Positions 19,753-29,770 of a stretch of DNA of 31,162 bases are shown here, in pieces. This stretch comes from Gemmatimonadota bacterium (GTDB taxonomy: Bacteria; Gemmatimonadota; Gemmatimonadetes; Gemmatimonadales; GWC2-71-9), in NCBI GenBank assembly GCA_039586365.1, contig JBDHKN010000057.1:1-31162 (forward strand), given 5' to 3'. The translations under genes were made by a program, and so were the position numbers. Below the pieces are notes generated by a model. The model was not told the origin of the DNA. It worked only from the letters and a program-made list of their open reading frames with translations, and ran no database searches. Position 1 is the stretch's first letter; every line of letters starts with the position of its first letter.

Positions 19753-20864
19753 GGATTCTGGCTGTTAACTGGCTCGATCTCGAAAACCCTCAAGCGGGGG
19801 GGGCTGAGGTCCACTTCTTCGAGATCTTCCGGCGCCTGGTTGACCGGGGGCACGAAGTCACGCTAGTGGCGTCCGGCTGGAGGGGGGCCGACGCCACGGC
19901 TTCGATCGGCGGGATAGCAGTGAAGCGAATCGGCGGTCGCTACACATTCGCACTCCAGGGGCGTGGCATGGTTCGCCGGGAGCTGGAGGCGTCCCAGTAC
20001 GACATCGTGGTTGAGGACATCAACAAACTGCCGCTGTACATGCCCACCCTGACTGACCTCCCGGTGTACGTGATCGTACCACATCTCTTTGGTACTACGG
20101 CGTTTAGGGAGGCGTCCGTGGCTGTGGCAAGCGCCGTTTGGTTGGCCGAGCGTGCGATCCCAGCCGTGTATGAAGGGGCTGCGTTTCATGCAATAAGTGA
20201 AAGCACGCGGCTTGACTTGGTTGCCAGAGGGGTGTCGCGATCTGCCATCGAGGTGATCTTTCCGGGGGTAGATACGGAATGGTTCACGCCGGATCCGGCC
20301 ATTCAGCGTTTCGAGAAGCCGACATTCTTGTACGTTGGGCGGCTCAAGCGTTATAAAGGGATAGACGCCATTCTGCGGGCATTGGCTTTGGTTCGTGCGG
20401 AGGGCCTAGATGCCAGGTTGAGGATCGCCGGCCGAGGCGGGGATCTGGAGCGACTCGAACGGTTGGCCAAAACGCTAGGACTGGAGACTGTCGTGCAATT
20501 CCACGGCTTCGTCCCAGAGCCAGAGAAGCGTGATCTGCTGCGACGTGCATGGGCAATCGTGTTTCCTTCTGCCAAGGAGGGCTGGGGGATCGTCAATGTC
20601 GAGGCAGCCGCGTGCGGTACTCCGGCCCTGGCTTCAGACAGTCCGGGGCTTCGCGAGTCGGTGCGGGATGGGTCAACCGGTATACTCGTACCCCACGGCG
20701 ATACGCTCGCCTTGGCGGACGCGATTGCCCGACTGTGCCGGCAGCCAGCCTTGGTGAATTCCTACGGGGGCAATGCTCGACAATTCGCGGAGACTCTTTC
20801 CTGGGACCAAGCGGCAGAAGAGACTGAAACCCATCTACTGGAGACACTCAACAGCACCCGATGA
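19749..20864 (+). CDS. Glycosyltransferase family 4
   Basis: GGAE, YVGRL..YKG and PS.KEGWGIV.VEAAACGTP (EX7E) GT-B motifs. Confidence 0.9.
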   Translation: MRILAVNWLDLENPQAGGAEVHFFEIFRRLVDRGHEVTLVASGWRGADATASIGGIAVKRIGGRYTFALQGRGMVRRELEASQYDIVVEDINKLPLYMPTLTDLPVYVIVPHLFGTTAFREASVAVASAVWLAERAIPAVYEGAAFHAISESTRLDLVARGVSRSAIEVIFPGVDTEWFTPDPAIQRFEKPTFLYVGRLKRYKGIDAILRALALVRAEGLDARLRIAGRGGDLERLERLAKTLGLETVVQFHGFVPEPEKRDLLRRAWAIVFPSAKEGWGIVNVEAAACGTPALASDSPGLRESVRDGSTGILVPHGDTLALADAIARLCRQPALVNSYGGNARQFAETLSWDQAAEETETHLLETLNSTR

Positions 20865-20879
20865 AGGGCGGAAGGAGCG

Positions 20880-21191
20880 ATGGCTACAATGCGGATTACT
20901 ATTACTGCGCGCCACTGCGAAATATCTGACGAGCTGAGGGTGCGTGCCGAGAGAGTGGTCGGGAAAGTTGCAAAGCTGGCCAGCCGTTGCCAAGCGGCTG
21001 AAGTGATCTTCGATGCGGACCACGGCAGTAAAGTGGTTGAACTCAAGCTGGTGTTGCCCCGCGGTCAGATCAAGGTGGCCACAGCTGAAGGGGATGACTT
21101 CAAGACTGCACTGGATCGAGCCGCTGACAAGATCCGCAATCAACTCGACAAGGAGACGCGAAGGTCGACTCATCGGTCACCCGAGGTGTAG
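20880..21191 (+). CDS. hpf: Ribosome hibernation factor (short HPF/RaiA, S30AE family)
   Basis: ITITARH.EISDEL...........A...D...ALD.A.DKI..QL.K pattern, about 100 aa. Alternative start ATG 20889. Confidence 0.82.
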   Translation: MATMRITITARHCEISDELRVRAERVVGKVAKLASRCQAAEVIFDADHGSKVVELKLVLPRGQIKVATAEGDDFKTALDRAADKIRNQLDKETRRSTHRSPEV

Positions 21192-21194
21192 TGC

Positions 21195-22163
21195 ATGGCT
21201 GTTCTGACTGTTCGGGAATTGGTCGAGCGGAAACAGAAGTCCCTTCAGCTCGAGGTGCTTACAGGTGACGCGGGTCTGGATCGGACGATCAAGGTACCGG
21301 AAGTGTCGAGCCCAGGCCTGGTACTGGCGGGTTTCACTGCGCGATTCGTACCGGAGCGGATGCACGTTCTGGGCGAGACCGAGATAGCCTATGTGAGGTC
21401 GCTCGAAGCCGACGTACGGCGGTGCACATTGCAGCAACTCATGAGCTTTGACATACCGTGCCTATTTGTGACCAAGGGCCAGTCCGTGCCGCGCGACCTG
21501 CTCAGGCTGGCAAAGGAGCGTGGCGTTGCTGTGATGCGATCGAAGCTCCGCACATCAGAGTTCTATCGCCGTATCACTCCTTATCTCAATGAGGTGTTCG
21601 CACCGGCGACCACAATGCATGCTTCTCTGGCAGACGTCTACGGGGTTGGCCTTCTCGTAACCGGTAGGTCCGGAATCGGGAAGAGCGAGTGTGTGCTCGA
21701 TTTGGTGGAACGGGGGCATCGCCTTGTGGCTGACGATATAGTCCACATAAGCAAACGAGCAGCTGGCGTGTTGATAGGACGTGCCACGGGGTTGTCCCAC
21801 CGCTACATGGAAATCCGCGGAGTCGGTCTGGTCGACGTGTCGGCGCTCTTCGGGGTGCATTCTGTGCGTCAGCAGAAGCGGATTGAAGTGGTGATTGAGC
21901 TCGAGGAGTGGGAGAAGGCCCAGGAGGTCGACCGGACGGGACTCGACGGGGCGACGACGACAATTCTGGGAGTTGAGTTACCCAAGGTCGTAGTTCCTCT
22001 CAATCCGGGTAAGAACATCACCGTTATCGCGGAAGTCGTCGCGATGAACCTGCTACTGCGCTATAGCGGAGTGGATCCTGCGGTCAGTTTCAATGAGCGT
22101 TTGCTCACCAAGTTGGCCGAGCAGCGTGACCTCAGAGAGTATCTGGCAGAAGATTATGAGTGA
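21195..22163 (+). CDS. hprK: HPr(Ser) kinase/phosphorylase
   Basis: [43 protein letters not shown] and MEIRGVG. Confidence 0.95.
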   Translation: MAVLTVRELVERKQKSLQLEVLTGDAGLDRTIKVPEVSSPGLVLAGFTARFVPERMHVLGETEIAYVRSLEADVRRCTLQQLMSFDIPCLFVTKGQSVPRDLLRLAKERGVAVMRSKLRTSEFYRRITPYLNEVFAPATTMHASLADVYGVGLLVTGRSGIGKSECVLDLVERGHRLVADDIVHISKRAAGVLIGRATGLSHRYMEIRGVGLVDVSALFGVHSVRQQKRIEVVIELEEWEKAQEVDRTGLDGATTTILGVELPKVVVPLNPGKNITVIAEVVAMNLLLRYSGVDPAVSFNERLLTKLAEQRDLREYLAEDYE

Positions 22164-22536
22164 AGTGTTGCGAGCTGTGGTGGTTTCGCACGCCGAGTTG
22201 TCCGACGCCCTGGTGGATGCGGTTCGCCTGATAACAGGTGAGGAGAACGCTCTTGTTCCAGTGTCCAACCGCGGTCTGTGCCGCGAGGATCTCTGCCAGC
22301 GCGTGTCTGAGGTACTGAGTGAAGGACCGACGATAGTGTTCACGGATATCCTGGGCGGCAGTTGTCTGCAAGCAGTGCTAACCCAGATCCGAGAACGCGA
22401 CGATGTCGTGGTTGTCACTGGTGTCAGCCTGCCGATGCTGATCGACTTTGTCTACCACCGGGATGTGTCACCACGCGAAGCGGCCGATCGCGCGGTGGCG
22501 GCCGGTGAGCGCGCCGTTCGAATAATGCAGCCGTGA
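22156..22536 (+). CDS. PTS mannose/fructose-family EIIA
   Basis: VVVSHA (phospho-His), FTDILGGS and VTGVSLPML. Start ATG 22156. Confidence 0.88.
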   Translation: MSEVLRAVVVSHAELSDALVDAVRLITGEENALVPVSNRGLCREDLCQRVSEVLSEGPTIVFTDILGGSCLQAVLTQIRERDDVVVVTGVSLPMLIDFVYHRDVSPREAADRAVAAGERAVRIMQP

Positions 22537-23006
22537 GCCTGGTACTAGTACGCCTCGATGATCGCTTGATCCACGGTCAAGTGGTGGTCGGCTGGGTGCA
22601 TGCGCTGAGCGCTGACAGGATCCTACTAATCGATGACGAGGTGGCAGCGAACGAGTGGGAGCGGGAACTCTACACCCTGGGTGTTCCTCCGGGCTTAGAG
22701 GTGGAGTTCGCTACGACTGAACAAGCCGGTACCGTGCTGGATCGCTGTGCCGAATCGGAGCAACGCACTATCGTGGTGATAGCTGATGTAGACACGCTGG
22801 TTGCGGCTTGTCGGGCTAGCGAGGCTGTGAAGGATGTGAATGTTGGAGGAATCCACGAAGGGGAAGGTCGCACTAGGCGACTGCGGTATGTGTTCTTATC
22901 GGAAACGGAGGCAGCCAAACTGCTACAGCTGTCCGAACGGGGTGTCGAGATATCCGCTCGGGACGTGCCTACAGCGAAGTCAGTTCCGTTGTCGGGGTTC
23001 GCATGA
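22533..23006 (+). CDS. PTS mannose/sorbose-family EIIB
   Basis: [15 protein letters not shown] (phospho-His), VNVGG and C-terminal VP. Confidence 0.92.
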   Translation: MSLVLVRLDDRLIHGQVVVGWVHALSADRILLIDDEVAANEWERELYTLGVPPGLEVEFATTEQAGTVLDRCAESEQRTIVVIADVDTLVAACRASEAVKDVNVGGIHEGEGRTRRLRYVFLSETEAAKLLQLSERGVEISARDVPTAKSVPLSGFA

Positions 23007-23671
23007 TCGATAACGCCGGCTGGCTTTTGCTGTGGGGTGTCGTTGTGGGCCTGGACCTGATATGCGTGGCCCAGACAATGGTCTCTCGGCCGCTGGTTGC
23101 TGGGACTGTGGCCGGGGCTATCGCTGGTGATCCTATGGCCGGTATGGCGGTGGGGGTCGTACTGGAGCTGTTTGCTTTCGAGGTGCTGCCGTTTGGAGCT
23201 GCGCGTTATCCCGACTACGGACTAGGAGCTGTGGCCGCGGCAGCCGCGGCCACGGGCGCACCAGCCATTCTCGGCACCGGGTTGGGGGTGAGCTTGGGTT
23301 TGATAGTGGCCTTCGTTGGCGGTAGGGGTATCCATCTGCGGCGGCTACGGAACGGACTGGATCTGGAACGGCACGTGGATCAGCTGGAGCACGGGGATCT
23401 GCGGACTATTTACTCCTTGCACCTTCGAGGTCTGGCACGTGAAGTGTTTCGTTCAGTGATAGTGACGGCGTTGGGCCTGTTGCTGGCTGAGGGCATTAGA
23501 CGCTGGGCTCCCCTCACGGTGCAGGGTGCGGTGTACCTCGGAATAGTGACGCTGGGAGCAGCATTGTCAGCGGCGGTGACCGGTGCGATCCGCTTGGCTG
23601 GGCGCAAGTCAGCCCAACAGTGGTTCATGTTGGGGCTGCTCGGTGGTCTGGTCGGATTGATGCTCAGGTGA
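23003..23671 (+). CDS. PTS mannose-family EIIC
   Basis: Hydrophobic protein with LD....Q.M.SRPLV.G...G...GD...G...G..LEL......GA..YP. Confidence 0.85.
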   Translation: MIDNAGWLLLWGVVVGLDLICVAQTMVSRPLVAGTVAGAIAGDPMAGMAVGVVLELFAFEVLPFGAARYPDYGLGAVAAAAAATGAPAILGTGLGVSLGLIVAFVGGRGIHLRRLRNGLDLERHVDQLEHGDLRTIYSLHLRGLAREVFRSVIVTALGLLLAEGIRRWAPLTVQGAVYLGIVTLGAALSAAVTGAIRLAGRKSAQQWFMLGLLGGLVGLMLR

Positions 23672-24402
23672 AGCGCGGTATTGTGAGTTCGTGGTTCCGG
23701 TTACTCCTGATTCAGGCTTCGTGGAACTACGACCGGATGATTGGGGTTGGCGTGGCGTTCTCCAGTGAGCCACTGTTACGGGACCTGCCAGGCGGAGTGC
23801 AGGGGCGGCAATACCGGAATGCTCTGGTCCGGGCTGCCAAATACTTCAACGGCCACCCGTACCTCATTGGGTTGGCTGTGGGGGCGCTTGCCCGGACTGA
23901 ACACGAGGGAGTGCCTCCTGAGCAGATGGGACGCCTTCGGTCCGCTCTCACTGGGCCGCTCGGGTCGGTAGGCGACAAGATGGTGTGGGCGGGCACTCTT
24001 CCGAGCGCTTCGGCAGTGGGACTTCTACTGGCCGTCACGCTCTCGCCAATGGTGGGCGTCGTTGGGTTCCTGGTCCTCCACAACATCGTGAACCTGGGGT
24101 TGCGGGTGTGGGCTCTGTCCGCTGGCTGGCGGGGAGGCATGCAAGTGGCCAAGTTTTTGGGGGGCAGAGTGATCAAGCTGTGCCTGATGGTGGTGGGACC
24201 AGTGGCCGCGTTTGCTGTCGGTCTGGCGCTACCATTGGTTGGTGCCTGGCTTGCCAGGGGCCTCGATATGAACGCACTGTTGGGTGTAGGGATTATCGCC
24301 GCGGTGGGGATCGTGTTTGCCAGGTCAGTCTGGCCTACGCTGGGAGGCCTGCGGTTTGCGCTCGGGGCAGTTGCTCTGGCGGTACTGGCAGGCTGGCTGT
24401 GA
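23668..24402 (+). CDS. PTS mannose-family EIID
   Basis: QASWNYDRM.G.G, FN.HPY and L.GPL..VGD. GTG 23668 overlaps the EIIC stop. Confidence 0.88.
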   Translation: MKRGIVSSWFRLLLIQASWNYDRMIGVGVAFSSEPLLRDLPGGVQGRQYRNALVRAAKYFNGHPYLIGLAVGALARTEHEGVPPEQMGRLRSALTGPLGSVGDKMVWAGTLPSASAVGLLLAVTLSPMVGVVGFLVLHNIVNLGLRVWALSAGWRGGMQVAKFLGGRVIKLCLMVVGPVAAFAVGLALPLVGAWLARGLDMNALLGVGIIAAVGIVFARSVWPTLGGLRFALGAVALAVLAGWL

Positions 24403-24671
24403 ACCACACGGAGCGGTTGGTGACCGTCGAAAACAGGCTCGGGCTGCACGCACGCCCTGCGGCAGAATTGGTGAAGCTGGCGTCCAAATTCGAGTCCGAG
24501 ATAACGATTTCCAAGGATGAGATGGCCGTGAACGGCAAGTCCATCCTTGGGGTGATGACGTTGGCAGCCGAGTGTGGCAGCACACTACTCCTCAAGGCGG
24601 AGGGGGCGGACTCGGAACAGGCAGTGGAAGAGCTGGCGGCGTTGCTGGCACATAACTACCAAGAGGAATGA
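24399..24671 (+). CDS. ptsH: Phosphocarrier protein HPr
   Basis: GLHARPA (His15) and NGKSILGVMTL (Ser46); 90 aa from GTG 24399. Confidence 0.93.
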   Translation: MNHTERLVTVENRLGLHARPAAELVKLASKFESEITISKDEMAVNGKSILGVMTLAAECGSTLLLKAEGADSEQAVEELAALLAHNYQEE

Positions 24672-26449
24672 ACCACGAGAGACTAATCAAGGGCATAGCA
24701 GTCTCGCCGGGGATTGCGGTTGGGCCGGTCTATGTCATGCGCACCGAGTTGCCGGAGATCACTCACAGAGTGATCTCGCGGGACGAGGTCGATGCTGAAG
24801 CTGACCGGCTCTATCGGGCCGTGGGCGACGTGCGCCAGGAACTCGAGTCGCTCATGAAACACACAGAAGCTCGGGCCGGTATCGAGGAGGCGAAGATCTT
24901 CAACGCTCAAATCGCAATGCTCGAGGACCAGGAGTTCCTTCGCGCAGTGGAGAGTCTGGTGCGCGACAATCTGCTGACGGCCGAGCGGGCGTTTGAATTC
25001 GAGGCACTGGAACTCAGAGAGACGTGGGGCCAATCCTCAAGTGCAACTCTCCAGCAACGGGTAACGGATCTCGTCGGCATCCAGACACGCGTGCTCCACC
25101 GCCTTCTGGGGCAGTCTCTAGATGACGTGCTGCACGAAGCGGGTGACCGTCCAGCCATCGTGCTGGCTCGGGATCTCACTCCGGGCCTGACGGTACAGCT
25201 CGAGCAGGGCTCAGTCATAGGCCTGGCCAGCGAATACGGTGCGCGCACAGCGCACGCTGCTATCCTGGCGCGCAGCATGGGGATCCCGTGCGTCATGGGT
25301 CTGGTTGGAGGAATCGATCGAATTAGGTCCGGCGAAACTGCGCTGTTGGATGGTACGCAGGGCACGGTTTTGATCGATCCCACGGATCTTGAGGTTGCGG
25401 ATGCCTACGAACGCGAAGGACTGCGCCTCCAGTTACGGCGGGAACTAGAGTCGATCCTCGGCCAGCCGGCGGTTACCAGAGATGGTACCGCAGTGGTGCT
25501 GCGGGCGAACGTCGACCTACCTGAAGAGGTGGAGGCAGCTGCTGAGCACGGTGCGGAGGGCGTAGGCCTCTTTAGGACAGAGTTCTTGGTAGTGGGGAGG
25601 ACCGAGCTGCCGCAAGAGGACGAGCAGGCGGAGTTCTTCGAGCGGATTGGGAGGAGGTTTGCGCCTTACCCAGTGGTTATTCGCAGCTACGACTTAGGGG
25701 GCGACAAATTCCCTGCTGCTTTCCGCGCAGCCCCGGAGTCCAATCCGTTCCTCGGGTGGAGGGCGATACGAGTCTGCCTCGATGAACCCGACATTCTGCG
25801 GACCCAGATCCGAGCGATGTTGCGGGCCAGGGCTTCGTCCGACGTTCGACTGATGCTTCCCCTGATAAGCCAGGTGGAAGAACTCATTCGCACTCGTGAG
25901 ATGATGGTGCTTGCAGCGGAGGAACTGGAGCGTGAGGGCGTCGCGTTTGGGCCCGACCTGCCCCTGGGAGTGATGATCGAGACCCCAGCGGCTGCCATGA
26001 TGGTGGAGGAACTGGCTGGATACAGTGATTTTCTGAGCGTTGGGACCAACGATCTCACGCAATACACCCTCGCCGTTGACCGTGGCAATGCGAGGTTGGC
26101 GGACCGGTTTTCGCCACTCCATCCGGCGGTGGTACGGTTGTTGAAGCGGGTGGTTGACTGCGCGGTCTGCCGTGGTAGGGATGTGAGTGTGTGTGGTGAG
26201 ATGGCGTCGGAGCCGCTGAGCATCTTACTGCTCCTGGGTTTGGGCTATCGAGTGCTGAGTTCCTCTCCGGGCGCGCTGCCATTAGTTCGTTGGCTGGTCC
26301 GGCAGGTAGATCTTGCAGCAGCGCAACGGGCGGCCGTCGCGGCCATGGAGGCCTCCACGACCCGGGAGGTTATGGACGTTCTCGCACAGACCATCGCCGA
26401 ACGCGTCGACCTCAACCTACTCGTTGCAGGCAGGCTGTCGGTAAGGTGA
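24668..26449 (+). CDS. ptsI: PEP-protein phosphotransferase (Enzyme I)
   Basis: GIAVSPGIAVG, TAHAAILAR (phospho-His), GVGLFRTEFL, DLGGDK, ESNPFLGWRAIR, MIETP, SVGTNDLTQY and CGEMA. Confidence 0.95.
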   Translation: MNHERLIKGIAVSPGIAVGPVYVMRTELPEITHRVISRDEVDAEADRLYRAVGDVRQELESLMKHTEARAGIEEAKIFNAQIAMLEDQEFLRAVESLVRDNLLTAERAFEFEALELRETWGQSSSATLQQRVTDLVGIQTRVLHRLLGQSLDDVLHEAGDRPAIVLARDLTPGLTVQLEQGSVIGLASEYGARTAHAAILARSMGIPCVMGLVGGIDRIRSGETALLDGTQGTVLIDPTDLEVADAYEREGLRLQLRRELESILGQPAVTRDGTAVVLRANVDLPEEVEAAAEHGAEGVGLFRTEFLVVGRTELPQEDEQAEFFERIGRRFAPYPVVIRSYDLGGDKFPAAFRAAPESNPFLGWRAIRVCLDEPDILRTQIRAMLRARASSDVRLMLPLISQVEELIRTREMMVLAAEELEREGVAFGPDLPLGVMIETPAAAMMVEELAGYSDFLSVGTNDLTQYTLAVDRGNARLADRFSPLHPAVVRLLKRVVDCAVCRGRDVSVCGEMASEPLSILLLLGLGYRVLSSSPGALPLVRWLVRQVDLAAAQRAAVAAMEASTTREVMDVLAQTIAERVDLNLLVAGRLSVR

Positions 26450-26457
26450 CCGACAGC
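26434..26457 (+). other. Perfect 9-bp inverted repeat spanning the ptsI stop, upstream of metK
   Basis: GCTGTCGGT-AAGGTG-ACCGACAGC. No U-tract follows. Confidence 0.5.
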
Positions 26458-26491
26458 TAACTTCAGGTCTTCAAAGAGCTTAAGAGACGAG

Positions 26492-27679
26492 ATGAGTTCC
26501 AAACGACAGCTGTTTTCGTCGGAATCGGTCACCGAAGGCCACCCTGACAAGATGGCCGATCAGATATCTGACAGTATCCTGGACGCGATCCTTGCCGAGG
26601 ACCCCGACGCGCGCGTGGCATGCGAGACTCTGGTCACCACCGGTGTCGTTGTTATCGCCGGCGAAATCACGACCCACGCCCACTTTGAACCCCGTAGCAT
26701 TGTCCGGGATCTCATCAAGGATATCGGGTACACGGACGCGTCGTACGGGTTCGACGCTGCAACCTGTGCAATTCTGACGTCACTCGGCACGCAATCCGGG
26801 GACATAGCGCTGGGAGTCGACACAGGTGGAGCTGGGGATCAGGGAATGATGTTCGGCTATGCCACCGACGAGACTCCGGAACTCATGCCCGTGCCTATCA
26901 TGCTGGCGCATGGTCTTACCCATCGCCTCGCGTCCGTGCGCAAGTCGGGGCAACTGCCGTGGCTGCGACCGGATGGCAAGAGTCAAGTGGCGATTGAGTA
27001 CGTGGACGAGAGACCGGTCGCGGTCAGAGCAGTGGTGCTGTCGACGCAGCACGCTGATGACGTGGCAAACACAGACATCCACGAGGGAATCGCAGAGAAG
27101 GTCATTGCGCCCGTCCTTGCCGAATCAGACCTCGACGTCAGTGGTGTCGAGCTGCACATAAACCCGACGGGCCGGTTCGTGGTAGGTGGGCCACAAGGGG
27201 ATGCGGGGTTGACTGGTCGCAAGATCATCGTTGATACCTACGGTGGTGCCGGTCGCCACGGAGGTGGGGCCTTCAGCGGCAAAGACCCCACCAAGGTCGA
27301 TCGATCTGCAACTTATGGTGCCCGCTGGGTTGCCAAGAACCTCGTGGCCGCCGGTTTGGCCAAGCGCTGTGAAGTGCAGCTGGCGTATGCCATCGGAGTG
27401 GCGGATCCGGTCTCTGTCATGGTGGAGACCTTTGGGACCGGAATCGCTGCGGACTACGTGCTGCAACGGGCCGTCCGCGAGGTGTTTGACCTGACACCTA
27501 ACGGGATCATAGGGGCTCTCAAGCTGAGGAAGCCTATCTACCGTATGACTGCTGCATACGGTCACTTCGGGAGGAAACCCGAGGACACACGGGTCAACGG
27601 TGTAGCGGTTCGCCACTTCACCTGGGAAGACCCAACGCGCGCGGCAGATCTCAGAGAGGCTGTGCGGAACATCGGTTGA
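26492..27679 (+). CDS. metK: S-adenosylmethionine synthetase
   Basis: [52 protein letters not shown] and [15 protein letters not shown]. Confidence 0.97.
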   Translation: MSSKRQLFSSESVTEGHPDKMADQISDSILDAILAEDPDARVACETLVTTGVVVIAGEITTHAHFEPRSIVRDLIKDIGYTDASYGFDAATCAILTSLGTQSGDIALGVDTGGAGDQGMMFGYATDETPELMPVPIMLAHGLTHRLASVRKSGQLPWLRPDGKSQVAIEYVDERPVAVRAVVLSTQHADDVANTDIHEGIAEKVIAPVLAESDLDVSGVELHINPTGRFVVGGPQGDAGLTGRKIIVDTYGGAGRHGGGAFSGKDPTKVDRSATYGARWVAKNLVAAGLAKRCEVQLAYAIGVADPVSVMVETFGTGIAADYVLQRAVREVFDLTPNGIIGALKLRKPIYRMTAAYGHFGRKPEDTRVNGVAVRHFTWEDPTRAADLREAVRNIG

Positions 27680-27736
27680 CGATTCACGCTATCTTTCACA
27701 GTTGAGTTCGAACTAGAACCTGTAGCACGAGGGACC

Positions 27737-29215
27737 ATGACCAGTGTAGCAAGTGAGAAGCAGGCAGCGTCCGGTAGTAGACTCGAGTACGAAGTCAGGG
27801 ACCTGGGACTCGCCGAATGGGGACGAGAGGAGATCCGTCTCGCGGAGCACGAGATGCCGGGTTTGATGGCGCTACGGGAACGCCACGCGTCGCAACGGCC
27901 GCTGGATGGCGCGAGGATCATGGGCAGTCTACACATGACCGTGCAGACCGCGGTGTTAATCGAGACTCTCAGAATCCTGGGAGCTGATGTTCGGTGGGTG
28001 AGCTGCAACATCTTTTCCACACAGGACCACGCGGCTGCGGCGGCAGTTGTGGGGCCGACCGGTACCGCGGAACACCCGCGTGGTTCAGCTATCTTCGCGC
28101 GGAAAGGTGAGACACTGGCCGAGTACTGGCGCTTTACCGCGCGTGCCCTGATGTGGCCTGACGGGTCTGGACCAGACCTGATCGTCGATGACGGTGGGGA
28201 TGCAACCCTGCTTGTTCACAAGGGCTGGGAATTCGAGAAGGCCGGCGCAGTGCCGGACTTCGATCCAGATACTGAGCCAGAGGAGTGGGGTGTCCTTCTA
28301 GATACGCTCAGGGCCGAACAGGTCAGCCAACCCGGCCGTTGGTCCAAGTGCTCCGAGGGTATTCGAGGTGTCAGCGAAGAAACCACCACGGGCGTGCACC
28401 GGCTGTATCAGATGGAACAGGAGGGCACTCTCCTGTTCCCCGCCATCAACGTCAACGACTCCGTTACGAAGAGCAAGTTCGACAACATCTACGGATGCAG
28501 GCATTCTGTGATTGACGGTTTGAATCGCGCGACGGATCTCATGTTGGGTGGGAAGGTAGCGGTTGTCTGTGGCTACGGTGAAGTGGGTAAAGGGTGTGCG
28601 CAGGCATTGCGTGGCCAGGGCTGCCGTGTGATCGTCACGGAAATCGACCCCATCCTCGCTCTTCAGGCATCAATGGAAGGGTATGAGGTCAAGACGGTAG
28701 ACGATGTGGTCGAGAGTGCCGATATCTTCATCACCGCGACCGGCAATTTCAACGTCATAACCGCCGGACACATGGCTCAGATGAAGAACAAGGCCGTCGT
28801 CGGCAACATCGGGCATTTTGACAACGAAATCGACATGGCTGGTTTGCAGAAGGTGCCTGGCATTCGGAGAGTCAACATAAAGCCGCAATACGATGAGTGG
28901 GTCTTCCCCGACGGTCACAGCATTCTTACGCTGGCTGAAGGCCGCCTATTGAATCTGGGTTGTGCGACGGGACATCCGAGTTTTGTGATGTCTGCGTCCT
29001 TCACCAATCAGGTGTTGGCACAACTCGAGTTGTGGTTGAATACGTCCAAGTACCAGAAGAAGGTGTATAGGCTGCCAATGACATTGGACGAGGAGGTGGC
29101 CCGGCTGCATTTGGACCACCTCGGCGTGAGACTGACTCAGCTCACGGAGGAACAGGCCAAGTACATCGGGGTTCCAGTGGAAGGACCCTATAAGCCTGAT
29201 CACTACCGCTACTAG
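27737..29215 (+). CDS. ahcY: Adenosylhomocysteinase
   Basis: [76 protein letters not shown] and C-terminal KPDHYRY. Confidence 0.97.
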   Translation: MTSVASEKQAASGSRLEYEVRDLGLAEWGREEIRLAEHEMPGLMALRERHASQRPLDGARIMGSLHMTVQTAVLIETLRILGADVRWVSCNIFSTQDHAAAAAVVGPTGTAEHPRGSAIFARKGETLAEYWRFTARALMWPDGSGPDLIVDDGGDATLLVHKGWEFEKAGAVPDFDPDTEPEEWGVLLDTLRAEQVSQPGRWSKCSEGIRGVSEETTTGVHRLYQMEQEGTLLFPAINVNDSVTKSKFDNIYGCRHSVIDGLNRATDLMLGGKVAVVCGYGEVGKGCAQALRGQGCRVIVTEIDPILALQASMEGYEVKTVDDVVESADIFITATGNFNVITAGHMAQMKNKAVVGNIGHFDNEIDMAGLQKVPGIRRVNIKPQYDEWVFPDGHSILTLAEGRLLNLGCATGHPSFVMSASFTNQVLAQLELWLNTSKYQKKVYRLPMTLDEEVARLHLDHLGVRLTQLTEEQAKYIGVPVEGPYKPDHYRY

Positions 29216-29272
29216 ACGAATCTTACCGGACGGTTCCACGTCCGTCCGAGCTCGCAAGAATGGCCGGCCAGC

Positions 29273-29770
29273 ATGGTGGAAGTCAAAGTCGCGCACCTCG
29301 GACTAGACCGCTCAACGAACACCCCTGTGGTGATTCTGCAGGAGAAGGGTGGTGAGCGTGTACTTCCCATCTGGATCGGTCCGGCCGAAGCGAGCGCCAT
29401 AGCGATGGAATTGGCTGGCGTGAAGTTTTCGCGGCCATTGACGCACGATCTCGTCAAGCAGGTGATAGTGGGTCTGGGTGGGGAACTGAATCGTGTGATT
29501 ATCACACGTGTAGAAGAGAACACTTACTATGCGGAGCTACATATCCACCGCAACAATCACGTCGTCCAAGTGGACGCCCGGCCATCGGACAGTATCGCGG
29601 TTGCCTTGAGGCTAGATGCTCCGATCTTCACCGAAGAAGACTTGCTTGAACTGACTTCGATTGACACTATCGAATCAAGTTCGACCGAGCCAGGAACTCT
29701 CGATGCCGACTCACTCAAGTCCTACCTTGAAAAGCTGGATCCGGAAGATTTCGGCAAGTTCACTCCCTAG
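29273..29770 (+). CDS. Bifunctional nuclease family protein (DUF151)
   Basis: LPIWIG..EA.AI, RPLTHDL and DARPSD.IA.ALR...PI. Confidence 0.9.
   Translation: MVEVKVAHLGLDRSTNTPVVILQEKGGERVLPIWIGPAEASAIAMELAGVKFSRPLTHDLVKQVIVGLGGELNRVIITRVEENTYYAELHIHRNNHVVQVDARPSDSIAVALRLDAPIFTEEDLLELTSIDTIESSSTEPGTLDADSLKSYLEKLDPEDFGKFTP

Noticed and set aside
2995..24398. Long N-terminal extensions in the ORF track (starts 2995, 4257, 5503, 19225, 22093, 23620, 23985; also 1651)
   Set aside because: They overlap upstream genes and lack homology; downstream starts match family N-termini and give tight coupling.
26450..26491. Possible SAM riboswitch before metK
   Set aside because: Too short, with no SAM-I, -II, -III, -V or SAM/SAH consensus recognisable.
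27680..27736. Possible SAH riboswitch or promoter before ahcY; AGTTCGAACT palindrome
   Set aside because: No SAH consensus (GAGGAGCG...AGGCTC); TTGACG and TATCTT are only 8 nt apart; a 10-bp palindrome is expected by chance.
29227..29247. CGGACG-GTTCCA-CGTCCG hairpin after ahcY
   Set aside because: 6-bp stem without a U-tract; not enough to call a terminator.
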